64,000 nt of DNA from a virus, in the IMG/VR virus record IMGVR_UViG_3300009446_000004; one strand, 5' to 3'. The stretch's first letter is position 1; every line of letters starts with the position of its first letter. Of the stretch, positions 46,894-57,300 are shown in pieces. The notes below the pieces were generated by a model. That model ran no database searches, had not been told where the DNA came from, and worked only from the letters and a program-made list of their open reading frames with translations. The translations under genes and the position numbers were made by a program.

Positions 46894-48978
46894 ATGGAAG
46901 AGTGTAATATTTTTTTGAAGTGGCTAACTAATTGCCCCGACAGTGAGTTTAGGTCTCTCACTGTCACAGTAACCGATGGCGGGGATAATACCATTGTGTA
47001 TGATCTTGATGAGGATTTTAATCTGATTGGTGATGATGGTGGAGCGCTGCCTGAAGGAATCAATTTTTCAGGGTCATTTGATCTTGTAGCAAATCCAAAC
47101 GATCCAGACAGTCAAGTATTGGCTGGATTGTCTCAAGTGCCTGGAGGTACAGAAAAGGTAACGGTGACACTATCGGCTGATTACCTTGCATGCACTTGTG
47201 AGGATTATGTGCTGGAAATAGAACCAATCCCACAAGCGGGACTGACTCTTGATTTGATCGTTATTGATCTTCCAGAAGATGCTCCAGAGCCTCCGGAGGG
47301 TAAGGATTTGTATGCAAAACAGTTGACGGTATCTGAGATCCTGGGAGTTGATGCTACCGGAGTGGTTGCCGTTGAGAACTTGGCACCATATGAATACGTC
47401 GATCATGTTACCGATACGGGCGGATATGACACCGTGGAAAATGAGTGGGTAATTGGGGATCTAGCGGCTAATGCCAGCGTTGATATGATTCTTTACTTGT
47501 GCCTTCCAGCGGGAACGGTACCGCCTGAGAATGTAATCAGTGTCGGGGCAGATAACGCACCTACTGTCACGGAATCAGTTACCCCGCCACCACCACCAAT
47601 CGACATCCTAATTGTTGACGCTAATGGTGAACCGATTGAAGACTGCGAAGGCGAACACACAGTTAGTTTTGGTTGCTATTCTGATGAAGAATTTACCGGA
47701 ACTTTGGAAGAGATTGCAGCGGCTTTGTCAGCAATTGATGGAGTCACAGCGGTTGTGAACGGTTGCGGATTTACACTCACAGAGTATGGAGAATGTACAG
47801 ACGACATTGTCGTGCTTGCTCCTGATGTATCGGTGAACAAAACGACTACAACGGTTGAAGGTGAGCCACTAGAAAAGTACGTAGTTGGAACTAATTGGAA
47901 CTATGAAATTGAGACTTGTAACAACGGAACAGCTACAGCAATAGGTGCTACACTGACTGACGTTTTGCCGGAAGGTGTTACAATTGTAACAGCTCCGGAA
48001 GGGTGGGCCGACGGCGTTCTTGCTTTGGGCGATATTCCTGCGGGTGAGTGTGTTACAACGATCTTGACGGTTGTTGTCAATGAAGAGCTTGATATAATAA
48101 ACACCGCTACTGTTAGCGGTGAGAACTTCCCAGAAGTTGAAGGGCCGAATTTCATTACTGCTGTTCCATGCATTCAGCCAAATTGCTTTTTCACGGCAGA
48201 CAATCAAGCGGATGGCGGAACTGTGGATAAGACCAATAACGGGTTACAGACAAACCTTGCCCCTCCAATGTTGGGTGGAATAGACGTAATCAACGGGTGG
48301 GACACTGCTTGGATTGGTGCAAACTTGAGAAATGGTGTTTCAATCAGACTAGTGCAACTAGAGCTGCTTGGCTGTGATTCTATATGTACATTCCCTGAAG
48401 CTAAGTTTTTCACAATTGTAAACTTTCAGGATACTCAGATTTTAGATGCCATGAATGCAGCACATGTAAGTGCAAATAGTGGTATTGTGACAACGCAAGG
48501 GATTAATCCTTATGTCGGTAGCTTGGATGGCTCTAAGGGCCACTACTTCACCGAAACAGTTAATTGTGACTCTTGTGTGACAGGTTATCGAGTGAGATTT
48601 GAAGCAGAAGGATACTTAGCAGAAGATGGAAGTCCTGCTTATGTGGAGTTCTTGTTCAAGAAACATGGCCCAATTGAAATGTGCGCTTTACCACCTGATT
48701 TGCCAAAAGGCGAAATTGGATGTCCAGCGAGAGCAGAAGGATGGCAAGTCGATCCCGTTAGCGGTTCAATCACTTGGACTGGGCAGGGTATTTGTCAAAA
48801 CCCTGTTAATTGTCCGTTTGGCAGTCCTATGAACGCAATATTCACGGATGGGGGGACAGAGGTTGCAGCGTTGCTTGTTACTGTTTCAAAGGATGCTTGT
48901 GATGGTGGTTGGACAGTTGACCCTACGCTGATTCCTACCACTTATGATACTATTGAATTTGAATGTCGTAAAGCGTAA
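46894..48978 (+). CDS. acidic virion protein with two DUF11-like (Ig-fold) repeats
   Basis: PDVSVNKT...NWNYEIETCNNGTATAIGATLTDVLPEGVT...LGDIPAGE...INTATVSG, plus a similar earlier unit. Confidence 0.7.
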   Translation: MEECNIFLKWLTNCPDSEFRSLTVTVTDGGDNTIVYDLDEDFNLIGDDGGALPEGINFSGSFDLVANPNDPDSQVLAGLSQVPGGTEKVTVTLSADYLACTCEDYVLEIEPIPQAGLTLDLIVIDLPEDAPEPPEGKDLYAKQLTVSEILGVDATGVVAVENLAPYEYVDHVTDTGGYDTVENEWVIGDLAANASVDMILYLCLPAGTVPPENVISVGADNAPTVTESVTPPPPPIDILIVDANGEPIEDCEGEHTVSFGCYSDEEFTGTLEEIAAALSAIDGVTAVVNGCGFTLTEYGECTDDIVVLAPDVSVNKTTTTVEGEPLEKYVVGTNWNYEIETCNNGTATAIGATLTDVLPEGVTIVTAPEGWADGVLALGDIPAGECVTTILTVVVNEELDIINTATVSGENFPEVEGPNFITAVPCIQPNCFFTADNQADGGTVDKTNNGLQTNLAPPMLGGIDVINGWDTAWIGANLRNGVSIRLVQLELLGCDSICTFPEAKFFTIVNFQDTQILDAMNAAHVSANSGIVTTQGINPYVGSLDGSKGHYFTETVNCDSCVTGYRVRFEAEGYLAEDGSPAYVEFLFKKHGPIEMCALPPDLPKGEIGCPARAEGWQVDPVSGSITWTGQGICQNPVNCPFGSPMNAIFTDGGTEVAALLVTVSKDACDGGWTVDPTLIPTTYDTIEFECRKA

Positions 48979-49003
48979 GAACACACACTAACAGATTAAC
49001 CAG

Positions 49004-49039
49004 AAGGCCGCTATCAGCAAATGGTGGCGGCCTTTTTTT
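49004..49039 (+). terminator. rho-independent terminator
   Basis: AAGGCCGCTATC...GGTGGCGGCC followed by T7. Confidence 0.7.
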
Positions 49040-49056
49040 GAATTAACAAATACAAA

Positions 49057-50502
49057 ATGAGCAAGAGCTGTCTTGATATTTCTATAGAGTCTTCCCTAGT
49101 AGATGGAAAGATAGTACTTGCATTGACTGATAATAGTACAGGTGTTTATCAGGTACAATTTCCTGATACGGCATCATTCCCTGTAGATAATGGTTGCGGT
49201 ATTGTTTCGGCTTTTGGCAAGTGCGCCAACGGGGAAACAATAAGCAAAAACTTTCATGCCAAGTGGGGTTCGCAATCCAGCGATGTAGAGATTATTCCAG
49301 AGGCAGGAGGTTGTTGTGTAGATCCTTTGTCGTCTTGTCTGGAGGGCCTAGTGGGTATCACAAATCAAAGCGAATGTAACTGCGACGGTGAGGTGCCTAT
49401 TCCAGATTACGCCTACATGAGTCAATCAGGTCTTTATCTATCTACTTTGGTCCCGCTTCAAGGCATCAAATCAGATTGCAATAAGGATCATTACGCAAAG
49501 CTGGTAGAGCTTCGAAAGGTAGCGGCCAATGAGGTACTGATGGATTTGGTTAAGTGTATGGGACTATACACAAACACTGATGACGATTGCAAAATAGAGG
49601 CAATACTAGGAGAATCAAGCTATACGGCTGCAAATATAAATCAGGATAGGTACGGAGGGATAAGAGTAAGAACAGGCAAAAGAATGGGATTGCGGGTACC
49701 TGTTACGGGCATTAGAATATTACCGCTATTCAAAAAAAACGGGACAGCGCACAACGGCAAAACAAAGATATTTGTCAGCATCATAAAAAACGATATTCCA
49801 GTAAAGACCTTTTCTATTAATGGTCGAAATAATGAGGGAGTAGATACCAATATCATATCAACAATTGATTTTTCGCAGCAATATCATATGGTCCTCGATG
49901 GGTCCAATTATGATTTTGTGATCAAGTACGAAGACGAAAAGGGCAACATACTTTGCCCGGCATCAAACGGGTTTCCTAAGATGTCGGACGGCGAAAGTTG
50001 TAATTGTACTCAGGCAAAAGGGCCGATGCATTTGGGAGCTTTCACGGATAGGGTATTGGGAGACGACCACTACTTTACGCTTCGTGGAGTCACTGGAAAC
50101 CATCTTGGCGAAAAGATGCACGAGGTAGATTCCGCTGGTGGGATTCAGCTTTGTGTTTTGGCTCCATACAAGGACTGCTCACATGAAACGCTAATCTGTG
50201 ATGCTATCAAAAATGAACCAATGATAGCGCGTCAGGTATCGACATTGATACTCCATAAATACGCCGAAATTGTCTACACACATAAGGTAACACATGGGTC
50301 CTCTTTTGGCTGTTTGGCTTGTATTGAGGGCGGTGATAATTACGCAGAGATGACCAATGTGTATAATGCCAAATACAAATCTTGTATCAAAGACGTTGCC
50401 AGTATGTTTACCTATTATATCGATCGATTCAGTGGGTGCTCGAAATGTCAAGATGAAGGTATTAGCTTTGGACTTCAAAGTATAGCCTCACAATATTGCT
50501 AA
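49057..50502 (+). CDS. Cys-rich structural protein, probable head-tail adaptor
   Basis: Position after the capsid and decoration genes; LEGLVGI...SGLYLS..VPL segment. Confidence 0.45.
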   Translation: MSKSCLDISIESSLVDGKIVLALTDNSTGVYQVQFPDTASFPVDNGCGIVSAFGKCANGETISKNFHAKWGSQSSDVEIIPEAGGCCVDPLSSCLEGLVGITNQSECNCDGEVPIPDYAYMSQSGLYLSTLVPLQGIKSDCNKDHYAKLVELRKVAANEVLMDLVKCMGLYTNTDDDCKIEAILGESSYTAANINQDRYGGIRVRTGKRMGLRVPVTGIRILPLFKKNGTAHNGKTKIFVSIIKNDIPVKTFSINGRNNEGVDTNIISTIDFSQQYHMVLDGSNYDFVIKYEDEKGNILCPASNGFPKMSDGESCNCTQAKGPMHLGAFTDRVLGDDHYFTLRGVTGNHLGEKMHEVDSAGGIQLCVLAPYKDCSHETLICDAIKNEPMIARQVSTLILHKYAEIVYTHKVTHGSSFGCLACIEGGDNYAEMTNVYNAKYKSCIKDVASMFTYYIDRFSGCSKCQDEGISFGLQSIASQYC

Positions 50503-50538
50503 ACATCTGTAGTGTAGATGGAGTTTGTTTGTTAGCTT

Positions 50539-50572
50539 ATGAGAGGCGTCTGTATAGGCGTCTCTCATTTTT
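50539..50572 (+). terminator. rho-independent terminator
   Basis: ATGAGAGGCGTCT-GTAT-AGGCGTCTCTCAT followed by a T run. Confidence 0.6.
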
Positions 50573-50583
50573 AATTTAGAACC

Positions 50584-51165
50584 ATGGCAATACCAATAGA
50601 AACACTTTTGGATCGCTTACAGCAAGCTACAGCAGATATAGAGCAAGGCATGGAACAGATCATGCTTGAGATTGCTATCCAGCTTAGAACAGAGGTAGAG
50701 GAGCGAGTTACAACAACCGGAATTAATGCCAACGGGGTATCCTTTTCGCCTTATAGTCAAAAACAATTACCTTTGAGCACCTTCGATGGCAAGGTTCCAA
50801 ACCAAGGGGCGTTCGATAGATTAGTAAAAACCAAGATAAATCAAGGCGTATTTACTGCTAGTTATGCAGAGATCCGAAAGAACCAAGGGGCACCAACATC
50901 GATGAAAACATTTCAATTGACCGGCGAATTTTGGCGCTCAATATCTGAAATGATTACGATGCTAAGACCCGGGGATTGGGAGATAAGCTGGGGACCGAAA
51001 TCGACATACGGCCGGATGATACTACGCGAGAACTCAGAACGCGAGGGAATACTGATAACCAAACATAGCGAAATGGAGCTGATAGCGGCTCAACAAATAT
51101 TCAAATTATGGCTGATCGGAATACTAGACAAAAACAACTTGCCAGCATCGTTTGTAACGGCTTAA
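50584..51165 (+). CDS. neck / virion morphogenesis protein
   Basis: G...NG..FSPYS and FQLTGEFWRSI motifs typical of neck (tail completion) proteins. Confidence 0.6.
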   Translation: MAIPIETLLDRLQQATADIEQGMEQIMLEIAIQLRTEVEERVTTTGINANGVSFSPYSQKQLPLSTFDGKVPNQGAFDRLVKTKINQGVFTASYAEIRKNQGAPTSMKTFQLTGEFWRSISEMITMLRPGDWEISWGPKSTYGRMILRENSEREGILITKHSEMELIAAQQIFKLWLIGILDKNNLPASFVTA

Positions 51166-51208
51166 TCAGATGCAATCTTGACAAACACCCTAAACGTTAC
51201 TTGAGATC

Positions 51209-51853
51209 ATGAGCATAGTAAACACCATAAATACCCTGCTTCAAAGCGATCCGTATTTGCCTACCATTGTGACTAATTGGGGAGGCGAAATAGGGACGGG
51301 CCAATGCGTATCCAAGACAGGAAAAAGGACTAAGTATTTCCCAATACAAAGATGCCCAAAACCGACCATTGATTGCTCATCAAATGAAATGGGCAAGGAT
51401 AGCAAGTTTAGCCGGTTTGTGTTATTGGGCAAGGATGAGAGAATGATCAGCCTTTTGCGGCCTGTGTCTTCGAGAGATATAACGACTAATCGAAAGTTCT
51501 GCAAATTTGAGCAAAAGGTAATGGCGATATTTGTACTAAACAGGTCGTTCTTTAAAGTGGCTGAGGACTGTTGTGTAGTCACTCCACAGCTTATCAATTA
51601 CATACTCACAAATCTACCCAATAAGATCACTAAACAATCCTGTGGCGGTCTGTATAACGATTTCAGGATAAAAGGCAAAAGACCAGTGACCGATCTAAAT
51701 GAAATATTCAAAGGCTATACACCAGAATGCTTTGCCCACTACGGAAACCCTTCGTGCGGCTTTGAAGTGTTTGCCATTGAGTTAACGGTCCAGTATGTTG
51801 CTTGTGATGAGGTACCAGATATTGAGACTATAGAACCTCCAAAACCATGCTAA
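51209..51853 (+). CDS. tail terminator-like structural protein
   Basis: Size and position after the neck gene; C-terminal FAIELTVQY strand. Confidence 0.45.
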   Translation: MSIVNTINTLLQSDPYLPTIVTNWGGEIGTGQCVSKTGKRTKYFPIQRCPKPTIDCSSNEMGKDSKFSRFVLLGKDERMISLLRPVSSRDITTNRKFCKFEQKVMAIFVLNRSFFKVAEDCCVVTPQLINYILTNLPNKITKQSCGGLYNDFRIKGKRPVTDLNEIFKGYTPECFAHYGNPSCGFEVFAIELTVQYVACDEVPDIETIEPPKPC

Positions 51854-51886
51854 AAAATATTATTCTTACAAAACAGACATGCAATT

Positions 51887-52159
51887 ATGGAAAATATGCC
51901 AGTACAAGGGGAAACGGGATTCATACACATCGATCGCAAATATTACGCCTATGAGTACCGAAAGGCTAGGCATGAGATAGATTTCTGTCTAGCAACAAAA
52001 GACCCTCAAAAGTATTGTAACGGCCATTACTTGTACTCAAGAAAAAATCCCGGAAATGGATTGGCTTTTGTCATTACCTTCACAACCAATAAGGAGCTAA
52101 TGACTAAGATTCTAGAACGAAACCCAGCGTATCATGCCAATGCTAAGCCCAATGATTGA
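51887..52159 (+). CDS. hypothetical protein
   Basis: 90-aa ORF. Confidence 0.45.
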   Translation: MENMPVQGETGFIHIDRKYYAYEYRKARHEIDFCLATKDPQKYCNGHYLYSRKNPGNGLAFVITFTTNKELMTKILERNPAYHANAKPND

Positions 52160-52601
52160 TAGTTTACTCCTCCTAATATTTGCGCTCTTATATGGTGCTG
52201 TTACTGGGTTTCTTATCCCATTTTTCACGCGCGAAATGATAGACAAGAAAGGTGAAATGTTTAGCTTTTGGGCCTTGTTTCGGAACAAACTACCAGAACC
52301 ATGGCGCAAGATATTTACAGGATGCCCCAACTGTAGCTCAGGCCAATTCTTTGTATGGACATTCCCTATATCGATCATAGGACTCACTGTAATAGACGAA
52401 ACAACAATTGCGATATACTGCTTTATTTGTGTATTTTTCCTATCCAATTTAGCCACCTTTTTGATACACGAAAAGGTGGGCATGGTAAATATGACCATCT
52501 ATCTTTTGTTGCTTCATTTGTTGATTCCTTTGCCCATTATGTTGTTGGGTCTTTTTTCTACGTTTGCATCAGTTAAAATCACAGGTAAAATAGCTAGGTA
52601 A
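52134..52601 (+). CDS. multi-TM membrane protein (DUF1360-like; possible holin)
   Basis: 3-4 hydrophobic helices around GCPNCSSGQFFVW. Confidence 0.5.
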   Translation: MPMLSPMIDSLLLLIFALLYGAVTGFLIPFFTREMIDKKGEMFSFWALFRNKLPEPWRKIFTGCPNCSSGQFFVWTFPISIIGLTVIDETTIAIYCFICVFFLSNLATFLIHEKVGMVNMTIYLLLLHLLIPLPIMLLGLFSTFASVKITGKIAR

Positions 52602-52602
52602 T

Positions 52603-52971
52603 ATGGCAGTAACAAGAGGATATAAAAAACCACGAGGCAAGCGAGTAAAACAAGCTGCTAGAACCGTATCTAATCAACTGTTTTGGACTACTTATAAACA
52701 GGCGTTAGAAATGGTGATGAGGTGCAAAATCTATGGAATAAATCACCATAAAAAGACAGTCAAAAAGATTGTACTAAGAGCGCGAGCCAATAGACCTTTA
52801 TACAAGGAAATAAGAGAACAAGAAATCACGGCTAGGCAAATAAAGTTACAATTCACTAGAGATGTGGCAGGAATTGGTGCTGCTTTTAAAGGGACTGCTG
52901 AACAGCTCAAGACGCTAATAGTAACACAAAATAATCTCAATACGGTACTTAAAAACACCAAGCAGGGATGA
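52603..52971 (+). CDS. basic hypothetical protein
   Basis: 122-aa Lys/Arg-rich ORF. Confidence 0.5.
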   Translation: MAVTRGYKKPRGKRVKQAARTVSNQLFWTTYKQALEMVMRCKIYGINHHKKTVKKIVLRARANRPLYKEIREQEITARQIKLQFTRDVAGIGAAFKGTAEQLKTLIVTQNNLNTVLKNTKQG

Positions 52972-53732
52972 GCGTAAACGCAAAAGAAATAAAGCGCCTT
53001 AGATCAATGATCAAAGGATATAAGGCTAAGAACCAAACTAAAGGCGATGAGTTTACAGCTGGCCTTGAATCTGTTATAGTTAGTCTTGGGAAAATCACTC
53101 AGGAAGTATTACAAGGTGATCCAGCCAATTTCTACCTAAACGAACCCACTAGACAAATGAGCATCGAGCTTCTGGACAAAAACAGATGCTTCAAAGGTGC
53201 TAGGCATTGGTACCAAGTACTATCACAAAATGAGGATGTGCAGCTTCAAATTTACGAGGCTATAAACATCTATCAAATGTCAGCGGCATACGGGGAGAGC
53301 GTGGATAGTATCTTGCTAAAAGGTCAAACATTTCTGGCTGATCTAATGAGCATGAAACTTCAAACTGACGCCACATATGATACAATAGACAGGATGAAAG
53401 TCTACCTATCAAATGAGACTGAGCTAATCAGCAACCTGCTGAGGGGTGACAGCATGAATCCTTTGCTATGTGCCATGTCTGTTATCACCCGCCGTATGAT
53501 CAATTATGAAAAGGACGGTGGTAATCTTGAGTACGCAAAATGTGACGTACTAAGCACGACCGAAATAGAACTAAGGATCAAGGACTGGGTGGAGGCTGGG
53601 TATGGAGTAGATTTTTTTTTACAAACGCCGCTACCTTTCATGGCTTACTCTCAGAAGATCTTACGTACCGTTTCAGAAGCACGATTTTCAAATATAGTAG
53701 AGAGTCATCGATTGATCGCTATGTCGAAATAA
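52968..53732 (+). CDS. tail assembly chaperone (gpG-like)
   Basis: Two genes upstream of the tape measure; contains slippery GAT-TTT-TTT-TTA (D-F-F-L). Confidence 0.7.
   Translation: MSVNAKEIKRLRSMIKGYKAKNQTKGDEFTAGLESVIVSLGKITQEVLQGDPANFYLNEPTRQMSIELLDKNRCFKGARHWYQVLSQNEDVQLQIYEAINIYQMSAAYGESVDSILLKGQTFLADLMSMKLQTDATYDTIDRMKVYLSNETELISNLLRGDSMNPLLCAMSVITRRMINYEKDGGNLEYAKCDVLSTTEIELRIKDWVEAGYGVDFFLQTPLPFMAYSQKILRTVSEARFSNIVESHRLIAMSK
53610..53621 (+). other. programmed -1 frameshift site (T9 run)
   Basis: The -1 frame is stop-free from the T run (TNAATFHGLL...RYVEIM) into ORF 53732-54253. Confidence 0.75.
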
Positions 53733-54253
53733 TGGTAGGCAAGCTGAAGCTTGATAAGAGATTTGGCGCTGGTTTTTTACTGGAAATGCTGGCTAAATAT
53801 ATGTCCAAAATGTCGGTATCTGTTAGGATTAATACACCGGATGGCGCGGTGATGCGTCGTCCTGGACCTTACCACAAAATACTTGAGAACAAAGTTAAGG
53901 CATCCGGAATGTCGGAGGAAGTTTGCTTGAAAATAGCTCAAAGAAGAGGACCCAAAGGTGATATTAAGTGGGGTCGGTTTGTCGCTCAATGCTGTCATGA
54001 TCTAACGCCGCTTAGTTATCCAGAGCGCCGCCGATTACTGGAACGGTCACAGGCCAGAACAAAGTACAATATCAATGACCAAATCAGCAGAAAAGAAGCT
54101 AAGGAAATGGGCACCTTCGAGTTTTATATTGAGCTCGAAACCATTGAGATGAGACGAATAGAGCAAGCTGCAGAACAGGAAAAAAACAGGAAAGCAAGCA
54201 AAAAAGGCAATTCCAAGGAAAAGAAAACCAACCGCATAACAGGCGGTAAATAG
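53732..54253 (+). CDS. tail assembly chaperone frameshift extension (gpT-like)
   Basis: In the -1 frame relative to 52968; lies just before the tape measure gene. Confidence 0.65.
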   Translation: MVGKLKLDKRFGAGFLLEMLAKYMSKMSVSVRINTPDGAVMRRPGPYHKILENKVKASGMSEEVCLKIAQRRGPKGDIKWGRFVAQCCHDLTPLSYPERRRLLERSQARTKYNINDQISRKEAKEMGTFEFYIELETIEMRRIEQAAEQEKNRKASKKGNSKEKKTNRITGGK

Positions 54254-54306
54254 TGTAGACAACCACAAAAGCACCAAAACCCGCTCAAAAGAGGCAATTT
54301 CGCTAT

Positions 54307-57300
54307 GTGGAAGAACAAGTAAAACTCAGATTTTCAAGCTCAGATTTGATAGCCGGTTTCCAAGAAACCCAAAAAGCAATCCGAGATACTACTGATATCC
54401 AAAAAAAGTATTTCGATGAACTAATATCCAACTATCAAACAGCAATTGGCTCCACGGATAGCTACCTACAGCAGCAGGTAGCAGTTAGAGGCGTAATAGA
54501 GGGAATAGCAAAGACTTCCAAAACCTACGGCGAACAGCTCAAAAGCCTTGAAGCCTTCCAAGCCAGCCTAACCGCAAAGACAAAAGAATATGCCGATCAG
54601 GGCAAAAACATGGGTGCGCTTGCCAAGCAAATAGCAGCAGTAGATAAGGAAATTCAATCAGTCAAAAAAAGTCAAGACCAGCTAAGCTCAGGAGATCCGA
54701 TTGATGAACTTACCAGATCATTTGATAAGTACGAGGATGCTATCAAGGCAACTGATAAGGCTATTGGGAAAATAGAACTATCTACAGGATCATTTGAAGA
54801 TGAACAAAAAGGCCTAAAGAAGATCTATGATAGTATAATCAAGAGTCAAAAAAGGTGGATTGAGGACGGCAAAGATATAAGCAAGCTTGAGGACTCATTG
54901 TCTCGAGTTCGCGATAAGATGGAGGAGGTCAAAGGTTTTCAGGATCAACTCGAACCACCTAAAGGATTTATCGACTCATTTAAGGAGGTAAGCGGTATCA
55001 ATTTGCCTGATGTGTCCAAGCTAGGCCCCTTGGCCGTTGGTGGCGCCATTGTTACAGGTGTTGCTGTGATGGGTAAAGAGCTCGCCAATGTAACTCAGGA
55101 GGCTTTTGCACTACGTAAAGAGGTAGCACAGTTAACCAATCTATCAGGTGGCGACCTTACTAATGCAGCTGTTGGCGTCCAAGCTATATCTAAGGCTTTT
55201 GGCAAAGAGTATGATGAAATATTACTCACGGCCAATGCTGTCAGTCAGCAGTTAGGTGTAACATTTGATGAAGCGCTAGACCAAATATCTGAGGGACTTG
55301 TATTGGGAGCAGACGCCAATGGTGAATATCTGGATTCGCTGAGGGAGTACAGCCCATTTATCAAGCAGATCGGAGCAGATCAAGCCCAATACAACCAAAT
55401 ATTAATTGAATCCACCAGAGCGGGTTTATTTAGCGATAAGGGTATAGATGCAGTCAAAGAGGCGTCTATCAAATTGAATGAATATACGCAATCAACTGAG
55501 GATGCGCTGTCAGCTTTAGATGAATCTACGGTAGCAGAAATCAGGAATAATGTCGCCAAGGGAGAAACATTCAAAGCCATACAGTTAATTAGTGCCGAGC
55601 TTGCCAGCGGTAAACTGGATGCAATTGAGTACAGCACAATTGTTGCCGACGTATTTGGTTCTGCAGGTGAAGATAGTTCTAGGGAATTCCTGGAGAATCT
55701 ACAAAACGTAAACGGTGAGCTTGGGCCAATGTCTACCGAGGCCAGAAATGTAGCAGAAGCCAACGCGGCCATGCTAGATAGTCAGGAAAAAATAGCTTTC
55801 CAATCACAGAGATTAGCCGTCCAATTTGGCGGGCTAGGGGACGCTGCAAATCTGCTTTTTAATTACATAAAGGCAGGTGGATTATATCTGGTAAATGAAT
55901 TTATCGCAATAATAAACGCCACCACGTCCCGCTTATTTTCTGCTGGTTCGGCTATCAGTACATTCCTATCTACTGGAAGCTTTACCCAAGCATCGGCGGC
56001 ATACAATAAAGAATTTGACCGCTTTTACGAAGCCCTGTCAGGAACATCTAAGGCACAAGAGGCAGGCAAGGCAGTAGCTAATGAATTCATGTCCAGCCTT
56101 GCTGAAGGTCTTTCAAAAAGTGATCGTAAAAAAGCGATTAACGAGGAACTTAAGAAGTTGTATCAAAGCCTTGACGATGCTGGATCTTTGGCGTCACAGG
56201 ATTTTGTTGATAATGTAGATGGGCAAATTGGAGTATTAGAGGCATCACTAAAAAGACTAAATGAAACAGGCAGCACGGGCGGGGTGGGAGAATCGCCGGG
56301 TGAAAAAAGGGCCAGTGAACAAGCAGCGAAGGAAAGAGCAAAACAGGAGGAGCAAGCAATTAAGGATCAGGCAAAGCGCAATAATGACAGAATCAAGGCG
56401 CTGGCAAAAGCAGAGGGAGACCTCGTTGCAGAGATTGCTAAAATCCGAGCTAGCGCGGAGGGGGCAGAGCTATCGCTACTTGACTCTGCGGAGGACCGCG
56501 CGGCTAGACAACTCGAGATTGACGATGCCAAAGTGGACTCGCAAGTACAAGCTCTACTTGAAAAGCAAGCTTTACTTGATCTTGAAAAAAGCCTTACGGC
56601 AGAACAATTAGCGGAGCTTTCAGATATTGAGCTGGAAATGCAAGCCAAGGCTAATGCTGAGAAGCTTTCATTGACCGAGGAACAGAATGCCTTATTTCAA
56701 TTGATCTATGCGGCCAATGAAAAGAAGTACAGCGACACCCTGGAAGCTGAGGCCGGTAAACGATTGGCCGCACTACAGAAGGAAACTAGCGATCGAGAGG
56801 CTGAAAAATTAAAGAGCTTCGAAGATGAAAAGAACCGTAACATTGACTTGATCATGTTGCAAACTGATTTCTATGATGAGGAGGGAAGGCTGATCACAGA
56901 TAAGCAAGAGATCGAAAAAATCAAGCAGGATCAAATATTGGCACAGCAAGAGGAGTTTTTGCAAAAACAGATCGATTACTATTTGAACTTGCAGGCAGCT
57001 CAACAATTGGCAGGTACTGAGGACCCGGCATTGGATGGGTTATTGGACAATCTAAAAAGGCAGCAGGCATTAATAGCCAAGGCCAGAAATGAAGCGCAGA
57101 ACAATTCAGCAGCAGAACCGGGCAGCATATTAGCTGCTTTGGGTCTGTCTGAGGAATACACGGAAGAACAAGCCGAAAAGATTAGAGAATCATTGCAGGG
57201 AGCTATTGATATGCTTTCCGATGTATCAGGTTACGACCTTTCAGGGCTTCAAGATGTAGCTACAGCCATACAGGAAGCATTGGAAGACCCTGACGGGTTT

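Noticed and set aside
55380-57006. Several antisense or alternate-frame ORFs within the tape measure and other long genes
   Set aside because: Shadow ORFs of long helical-protein genes, with no leaders or domain motifs.
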